Origin: Vampirovibrionia bacterium
GTDB lineage: Bacteria > Cyanobacteriota > Vampirovibrionia > LMEP-6097
Reading direction: 5' to 3'
Assembly: GCA_049314535.1 (NCBI GenBank)
Contig: JBMOEX010000002.1
Span: 1-40,738 of the forward strand
Length of the DNA: 40,738 nt
A model generated the notes under the pieces. The model did not search any database. It saw nothing but the letters and a program-made list of their open reading frames with translations, and was not told where the DNA came from. The translations under genes were made by a program, and so were the position numbers. Below, piece by piece: positions 25,582 through 31,697 of this stretch. The number at the start of each line of letters is the position of its first letter. The first letter of the stretch is position 1.

Positions 25582-26640
25582 ATGCGTATTGGTGTACTTA
25601 CTGGCGGTGGTGATTGTCCGGGTTTAAATTCCGTGATAAGAGCTTTAGTTTTTAAATCTGTTAAAGAATATGGATCAGAGGTGATCGGTATTAAATATGG
25701 CTGGAAAGGTGCAGTGGAGAACATTACCACTGAACTTAGCTTAGATAAGACAGAAGATATAATCAGAGAAGGTGGAACTATCCTTAAATCTTCAAGAACT
25801 AATCCTTTCAAGATAGAAGGTGGTCCTGAAGCAGTAATTAAGACCATGAAGGATAATAAATTAGACGCTCTAGTAGCCATAGGCGGCGAAGATACTTGTG
25901 GCGTAGCTTCTAAACTTTATAATCAATATAAAATAAATGTTATCGGCGTACCGAAGACTATAGATAATGACTTATCTGGTACTGATGTAACTTTTGGCTT
26001 TGATACTTGTATCAATATCGTTACAGATGCTATAGATTCTCTGCACACTACAGCTTGCTCTCATGAACGCGTTCTAGTCTGTGAAGTTATGGGCAGGCAC
26101 GCTGGCTGGATAGCTTCTTTCTCTGGTATTTCAGGGAATGCTGATTATATATTAGTTCCAGAAGAGGAAGTGGACACGAAAGAACTCTGTGAAACTATTA
26201 AAAAAGTTTATGCGAAAAAATCCTACGCAATAATCGTCGCAGCAGAGGGAGCTAAACTTTCTAATCAAGACGTAACAAAAGACACTGAGTTAGATGCTTT
26301 CGGCCACGTTAAGCTAGGTGGTATCGGTGAAAAGATCGCTAAAATTATTGAAAAAGAAACTGGTATAGAAACTAGATCTACGACTTTAGGACACATCCAA
26401 AGAGGCGGTAGACCATCGGCTTTCGATAGAGTATTAGGTACTAGACTTGGCTGGAAAGCTGCTGAGATGGTGCAGAATGGCGAATGGGGTAAAATGTCTG
26501 CGATAGTAGGCAATAAGACTGAAGCGGTATCTCTTAATGAAGCTGTTGGTTCATTAAAGACTCTAGAACTGTCTATCCATGAAGACTCTAAATTATTCTT
26601 TGGTACAGAGACTGATAAACAGTTAGCTAAATCTCATTAG
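25582..26640 (+). CDS. pfp: 6-phosphofructokinase, predicted pyrophosphate-dependent
   Basis: GVLTGGGDCPGLN, IGGEDT (Asp where E. coli PfkA has Gly104), PKTIDND (Lys where PfkA has Gly124), and MGRHAGW. Confidence 0.8.
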   Translation: MRIGVLTGGGDCPGLNSVIRALVFKSVKEYGSEVIGIKYGWKGAVENITTELSLDKTEDIIREGGTILKSSRTNPFKIEGGPEAVIKTMKDNKLDALVAIGGEDTCGVASKLYNQYKINVIGVPKTIDNDLSGTDVTFGFDTCINIVTDAIDSLHTTACSHERVLVCEVMGRHAGWIASFSGISGNADYILVPEEEVDTKELCETIKKVYAKKSYAIIVAAEGAKLSNQDVTKDTELDAFGHVKLGGIGEKIAKIIEKETGIETRSTTLGHIQRGGRPSAFDRVLGTRLGWKAAEMVQNGEWGKMSAIVGNKTEAVSLNEAVGSLKTLELSIHEDSKLFFGTETDKQLAKSH

Positions 26641-26685
26641 TTAAAAGATATTAGATCGGATTAAAGTTTCAAGAGAGATACTAAA

Positions 26686-27939
26686 GTGCTTAAAGATAAA
26701 ACTACGGTTCTTAAATTCGGGGGGAGTTCTGTTGCTAACGCAGACTGTATTAAAAAAGTCTGTGAGATAGCTATTCGCGAGAGTGAAAACGCGAATCTGG
26801 TCATAGTCGTCTCTGCCATGGGCAAAGCTACTGATTCCTTAGTTAAATTAGCGAAAGAATTTAATCCTCTACCAGAAGGGCGAGAGCTTGATATGCTTCT
26901 GTCGACCGGTGAGCAGGTCACTGTTTCCTTAGTCGCGATGTGCTTACATCAAATGGGCTTTAAGGCTATATCACTAGTAGCTTCACAGGCTGGCTTCATC
27001 ACAGAAAGAGCACATAATCGTGCAAGAATCGCTCAGATTAAGACAGATAGAATAGAGAAGCATTTAAATCTTGGAGAAATCGTTATAGTAGCTGGTTTTC
27101 AAGGTATCACAGAAGATGGTGAAATAACTACTCTTGGTAGAGGCGGCTCAGATACATCTGCTGTAGCGATAGCTGCTGCTTTGAAAGCTGAAAGATGTGA
27201 TATCTACACGGACGTAGAAGGCGTTTACACTACTGACCCTCGTATAATTCCAGAAGCCAGAAGATTAGATCTTATAAGCTATGAAGAGATGCTAGAACTT
27301 GCTAGCCTTGGAGCTAAAGTCTTACACCCGCGTTCGGTAGAATTAGCTAAAAAATATAATATAAATCTAAGAGTAAGAAGTACTTTCAAGCCAGATGACT
27401 TAGGTACTAGAGTAGTTAAATTAAGTGAGGTAAGAAATATGGAATTAACCCAAGCTGTGACTGGAGTTGCGATAGATGATAAACAAGCTAAATTAGGTTT
27501 TATGGGGGTACCAGATGAACCAGGTATAGCCTGTAAGATCTTCGATAGACTAGCGAAAGAGAATGTGAGCATAGATGTTATTCTCCAATCCATTCCTAGA
27601 GACGGAGTTATAGATATAGCTTTCACCGTGCAACAAGATTATTTACAAAAAGCTGTAAGGATCGCAGAAGAGCTAGCAGTAGAAGTCGGAGCAGATAAAA
27701 TAGTTTTCGATGAAAATATCGCAAAGGTATCTATAGTCGGAGCGGGAATGCTTAATAAGCCTGGTATAGCAGCTGAAATGTTCTCATCTCTATATAATGC
27801 TGGTATTAATATACAGATGATTACTACTAGTGAAATTAAGATCAGTTGTATTATCAGAATCGAAGAAAGTCAGAAAGCTGTTAAAGCGATACATGATCAG
27901 TTTAATCTAGCTTATTCTAAAGAAGAAATTATTGTATAG
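26686..27939 (+). CDS. lysC: aspartate kinase
   Basis: VLKFGGSSV, GRGGSDTSAVAIAAAL, VYTTDPR, and C-terminal tandem ACT regions. GTG start. Confidence 0.9.
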   Translation: MLKDKTTVLKFGGSSVANADCIKKVCEIAIRESENANLVIVVSAMGKATDSLVKLAKEFNPLPEGRELDMLLSTGEQVTVSLVAMCLHQMGFKAISLVASQAGFITERAHNRARIAQIKTDRIEKHLNLGEIVIVAGFQGITEDGEITTLGRGGSDTSAVAIAAALKAERCDIYTDVEGVYTTDPRIIPEARRLDLISYEEMLELASLGAKVLHPRSVELAKKYNINLRVRSTFKPDDLGTRVVKLSEVRNMELTQAVTGVAIDDKQAKLGFMGVPDEPGIACKIFDRLAKENVSIDVILQSIPRDGVIDIAFTVQQDYLQKAVRIAEELAVEVGADKIVFDENIAKVSIVGAGMLNKPGIAAEMFSSLYNAGINIQMITTSEIKISCIIRIEESQKAVKAIHDQFNLAYSKEEIIV

Positions 27940-27996
27940 TTTTAAAATCCCTATTAATAAAATCCTTCAAGAAATTAATAAGAAGAAAGAGAGAAT

Positions 27997-28476
27997 ATGA
28001 GCACAATCGAATCAAGCACTGAAAATCAAGTTATCAAGATGGATATACAGGATATATTCAATACATTACCCCATAAATATCCTTTCTTAATGGTGGATAG
28101 AGTCACTGAGTGCTTAGCTGGCGAATACGCTAAAGGTTATAAGAATATTTCTGTAAATGAACCTCAATTTCAAGGACACTTTCCAGATGTGTCTATTATG
28201 CCAGGAGTATTACAGCTCGAAGCATTAGCTCAAATGTGCTGCATATGCATGCTTCACGTGAAAGATTATTCCGTCGGTTATAAAGGAATATTTACTGGAC
28301 TAGATCAGATTAGATTTAGAAAAATCGTAGTTCCAGGAGATAGATTAGATATAGAAGTAAAGAAAATAAAGTTTAGATTTCCTTTCGGGAAATTTGAAGT
28401 AAAAGCGACAGTAGATGGTGAAGAAAGCTGCTCTGGAGTACTTTCTTTTGCCATGATAAAAAATACTGAGCTATAA
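27997..28476 (+). CDS. fabZ: 3-hydroxyacyl-ACP dehydratase
   Basis: LPHKYPFLMVDRV, FQGHFPD.SIMPGVLQLEALAQ and a hotdog-fold C-terminus. Confidence 0.9.
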   Translation: MSTIESSTENQVIKMDIQDIFNTLPHKYPFLMVDRVTECLAGEYAKGYKNISVNEPQFQGHFPDVSIMPGVLQLEALAQMCCICMLHVKDYSVGYKGIFTGLDQIRFRKIVVPGDRLDIEVKKIKFRFPFGKFEVKATVDGEESCSGVLSFAMIKNTEL

Positions 28477-28486
28477 ATCCGATTAT

Positions 28487-29932
28487 ATGAATTCAAGTTA
28501 TAATGTTAAGGCAATGAATTCTAAAGCAGTTGACCTAAATTTACTATCTACTTTCCATCCTAGAGAGACTTTTGCACAAAGATCAGCATTAGTTCAGGCT
28601 TTCAAGTTTTTTATTCTAGCTGTAGTTTGGTTATCGATTATCTTCGTCGTAGCAGCTGGTGCTGGACTAACTTTCGCATGGAAAGCACCTTTCGTATTTA
28701 ACGAACTGATGCCGACTTGGTTTCCTGCTATAGATAAACAGATATTTAAAAACCTAGCTGATATTCACGCATATCTAGCTCCTACTGTGGTAGTAGCGAC
28801 TATTATTCCCGTAAATGCACTGTTCATGGTGCTTTGTGAAAGGAAATTCCTATCTTTACTCACTGTAAGAATCGGACCAGATGCCGTTGGACCAAATGGT
28901 GGACTGCAAACACTAGCTGATGCTTTAAAGCTTCTTTTTAAAGAAGATACTGTACCTAAGAATTCAGATCCTATTCTGTTCTTCTTAGCTCCAGCATTAT
29001 TCTTCGCCCCTTCCATGGTGGTTTTCTTACCTTTACTAGCTGTAGCAGCCAATCGCCTAGGCGGTTTCATCTATGCCGATCTTGATATTAGCTTGATATT
29101 CATATTAGGTTTTCTATCACTTGGCACTATGTCACTAGTTATGGCTGGCTGGGCATCTAATAATAAATATTCACTCATGGGTGGTCTAAGAGCCGCTTCT
29201 CAAGCTATTAGCTATGAAATCCCATTAGTACTCGCCATTATCTCTGTCATTATGCTCTCTGGCTCAGTGAATCTTTTCGAAATATCTGAAGCTCAAGCTG
29301 GTGGAATACTTAACTGGAACCTTCTGGGTAACGGGGAACTACCAAGAATCTTAAATCTGTTTGCTAGCACTAATGGTAATTTCTTTGATGGTTTCGTGAC
29401 TTTAGTTTACATAACACTGTGCGTTAGCTTATTTTTAATCTTCATTACCGCTTCCACGGCAGAGGTTAACAGAATTCCTTTCGACATCCCAGAAGCTGAG
29501 TCAGAGTTGGTTTCAGGGTTTAACACTGAGTTTAGCGGCATGAAATTCGCATTATTTTTCTTAGCTGAATATACTAATCTGTTTATCGCTTCAGCTATAG
29601 CTTCTATATTATTTCTTGGTGGTTCACATCTACCGATTAGCATAGAAGCAGAACAGGCGCTTTACTCAGCTCTTACGAATCTAAATATTAGCCTCCCTGT
29701 TATTGGCACCTTTAATGGTATGTTCGAAGGCTTAAATTTCGTCTGGGTAATAACATCAGTAACTCTCTTAGTGAAGATCTATCTTATGTTCCTTGTCGCT
29801 ATCTGGGTTAGAGCTACTCTACCAAGACTGAGACAGGATCAATTAATGGAGTTTGGTTGGAAATACCTTATTCCTCTTACGCTTGCCATTCTGTTCCTTA
29901 TGGCTATAATTTTGGAGTATATTAAATCATGA
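28487..29932 (+). CDS. nuoH: NADH-quinone oxidoreductase subunit H (NuoH/NdhA) with an N-terminal extension of about 90 aa
   Basis: ERKFLSLLTVRIGPDAVGPNGGLQTLADALKLLFKED, SNNKYSLMGGLRAASQAISYEIP, and RIPFDIPEAESELVSGFNTEFSG. The start may lie further downstream. Confidence 0.85.
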   Translation: MNSSYNVKAMNSKAVDLNLLSTFHPRETFAQRSALVQAFKFFILAVVWLSIIFVVAAGAGLTFAWKAPFVFNELMPTWFPAIDKQIFKNLADIHAYLAPTVVVATIIPVNALFMVLCERKFLSLLTVRIGPDAVGPNGGLQTLADALKLLFKEDTVPKNSDPILFFLAPALFFAPSMVVFLPLLAVAANRLGGFIYADLDISLIFILGFLSLGTMSLVMAGWASNNKYSLMGGLRAASQAISYEIPLVLAIISVIMLSGSVNLFEISEAQAGGILNWNLLGNGELPRILNLFASTNGNFFDGFVTLVYITLCVSLFLIFITASTAEVNRIPFDIPEAESELVSGFNTEFSGMKFALFFLAEYTNLFIASAIASILFLGGSHLPISIEAEQALYSALTNLNISLPVIGTFNGMFEGLNFVWVITSVTLLVKIYLMFLVAIWVRATLPRLRQDQLMEFGWKYLIPLTLAILFLMAIILEYIKS

Positions 29933-30435
29933 ATTTCATAAGTACCTTAAAATCATTCACTAAATTCCCTCTTGGAATCTATAACATTCTTCTAGGTATG
30001 TTTACAGTAGTGAAACACACTACTAGAGATCCGATTACCTCTGACTATCCTAATAAGATGCCAGAACTCTATCCTAGATCAAGACACAGGCTAGCTTTAA
30101 ACGTAGACCCCATTACAGGTGAGCATCTATGTATCGCCTGCAAGCAATGCGAAAGAGTCTGCCCTGATGCTTGTATTTCAGTTATCCCGCATACCGAGGT
30201 GAAAGCGAAATCTACACAGTTTTATATAGATCACGGTCTATGTATGTTCTGTGGTCTATGTACAGAAGTCTGTCCTACTGACTGTATTATTAACACCGTA
30301 GATTTTGAGATGTCAACAGAAACAAGAGAAGATCTAATCTATGATATTAAAAAATTAACCCTCACTCAAGAGCAGTCTAGAGAATACTTTAAGATGAAAG
30401 GGTATACACCTAAACCTAAGAAAGCTGCTGCTTAA
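29929..30435 (+). CDS. nuoI: NADH-quinone oxidoreductase subunit I (2x[4Fe-4S])
   Basis: Two ferredoxin motifs, CIACKQCERVCP and CMFCGLCTEVCP. There is a 4-nt overlap with nuoH. Confidence 0.85.
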   Translation: MNFISTLKSFTKFPLGIYNILLGMFTVVKHTTRDPITSDYPNKMPELYPRSRHRLALNVDPITGEHLCIACKQCERVCPDACISVIPHTEVKAKSTQFYIDHGLCMFCGLCTEVCPTDCIINTVDFEMSTETREDLIYDIKKLTLTQEQSREYFKMKGYTPKPKKAAA

Positions 30436-30436
30436 G

Positions 30437-30481
30437 GGGACACGACGAAAACGCAGAAATTCGAGCTTGTGAGCAGTCCCC
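30437..30481 (+). repeat. solo L module of the repeat family in inverted orientation, filling the gap between two convergent stop codons
   Basis: The reverse complement GGGGACTGCTCACAAGCTCGAATTTCTGCGTTTTCGTCGT matches the L module. The flanks GCTTAAGGGGAC / GTCCCCTAAGC are complementary (one bulge) and include both stop codons. Confidence 0.8.
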
Positions 30482-31596
30482 TAAGCGAAACTGTACGTTA
30501 GGCTGTTGTGTTTAATCTTCCCAGCTTGGTATAATTCTTGCCTTAATGTATCGTAAAGATTACTTGGGGTGGGGCTTTGAGAGATTTCTTGTAATTTAGA
30601 TTTAACTAAATGAAAAGCATTATCTAATTTTACTTTCGATGCAAGTAAATGAGAAACTAAATCACTGCATACCACTTTAGCTGGTATTTTTTCTTTTACT
30701 TTATTATGCTTCAGCTGAGTTTCATTTGTAGCTATAGCTTTTAAATTATTCTCAGAGTTATTGAAAGGTGAAGAAAAAGCAGGAAGCCTAATATTTAAAA
30801 GACTGTTACGTAAACTATCTAAGTGCTGCTTTGGCAACTTATCTGTTAAATTACGTAAATAGCTTTCTATGGATGGTCCTAATTTTTCATTTCCTAAAAT
30901 TTGCACAGCTCTTGAAAAGAGCGTAGGGACATAATAATGAAGATCCTTGTTTTCTTTTAATTCAGTTAAAAAACTTGTCGTATTTTCGACATGCCCAACT
31001 TTAAAAAACTCAAAATCAGTATGGTAAGCAACAGCTCGTTTACTTGCTTTCTGAATATCCTCTATCTTCAGTTCACCATTAAATGGACTTAAATTTTCTT
31101 TACTCGGCTTCTGTGAGCGAAGATCTATGTGAATAAATAATAATCCCTCTGGATTATCTGAAGTAGGGGTGATTCTCACAACTAAACCTGTATGAGTAGG
31201 GCTCAATGCCATACTTAAATACTCCTCAACATTTAAACCCTGCTTTTGAAATTGTGCCTTTAACTCATCTGGTAAAGGATTAGATCTAAGAGCTTTTTGG
31301 ATAGCATTAGGTATCATGTATGGTCCAGCCTGGTGAGGATCTGAAAAAAATACAGCAGTATCCCCCACTTTAGGTAACAGCTGATTTAATTTATTAGATA
31401 AAGCCTTAGCATGCTCAGAGGCACTGACATCTGCATGTAAACTTTTCAGCATCTCCGGAGAGGCTTTTCTCGTCGTAATACCTAGAAAAAAATTCTGAGC
31501 AGGGGCTGGTAATACCTGATAAATTTTAGCGAGACTCGACTTCGCTAAATTCATAACAGGATCAAAAAATTTATTAACAGTTAAGCTAATAGACAT
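30481..31596 (-). CDS. hypothetical protein
   Basis: A 371-aa ORF with no signal peptide or recognised motif. A perfect TATAAT (minus sense, plus-strand coordinates 31629-31634) lies upstream. Confidence 0.5.
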   Translation of the reverse strand: MSISLTVNKFFDPVMNLAKSSLAKIYQVLPAPAQNFFLGITTRKASPEMLKSLHADVSASEHAKALSNKLNQLLPKVGDTAVFFSDPHQAGPYMIPNAIQKALRSNPLPDELKAQFQKQGLNVEEYLSMALSPTHTGLVVRITPTSDNPEGLLFIHIDLRSQKPSKENLSPFNGELKIEDIQKASKRAVAYHTDFEFFKVGHVENTTSFLTELKENKDLHYYVPTLFSRAVQILGNEKLGPSIESYLRNLTDKLPKQHLDSLRNSLLNIRLPAFSSPFNNSENNLKAIATNETQLKHNKVKEKIPAKVVCSDLVSHLLASKVKLDNAFHLVKSKLQEISQSPTPSNLYDTLRQELYQAGKIKHNSLTYSFA

Positions 31597-31697
31597 TAAG
31601 ACACTCTAACGCCCTAATACGTATTTATATTATACCCTAAATTTAGCTACAATATCTAGTAAATAGGAGTTACACGAAGCGACGAGGGGGGCGTAAT

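Noticed and set aside
25563-27626. Antisense ORFs within pfp and lysC (25563-25880, 26265-26513, 26661-26921, 27279-27626). Similar shadow ORFs occur elsewhere (4400-4591, 7716-8030, 8663-8857, 10112-10378, 12661-12876, 13569-13793, 14841-15170, 19968-20186, 22937-23143, 28305-28496, 28765-29070, 29407-29643, 31752-31934, 35325-35519, 35700-35930, 37665-37901, 38628-38828, 39147-39353, 39679-39879)
   Set aside because: Each is fully or largely embedded in a longer ORF with clear family motifs on the other strand or in another frame. Their products are low-complexity or Ser/Leu-rich and carry no motifs.
31597-31697. A promoter for the 371-aa hypothetical gene (a perfect TATAAT on the minus strand at 31629-31634)
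   Set aside because: The -10 is perfect but the best -35 is weak (TAGATA at 18-nt spacing), and TATAAT-like hexamers are common in AT-rich DNA. It is noted in the feature evidence but not called as a separate feature.
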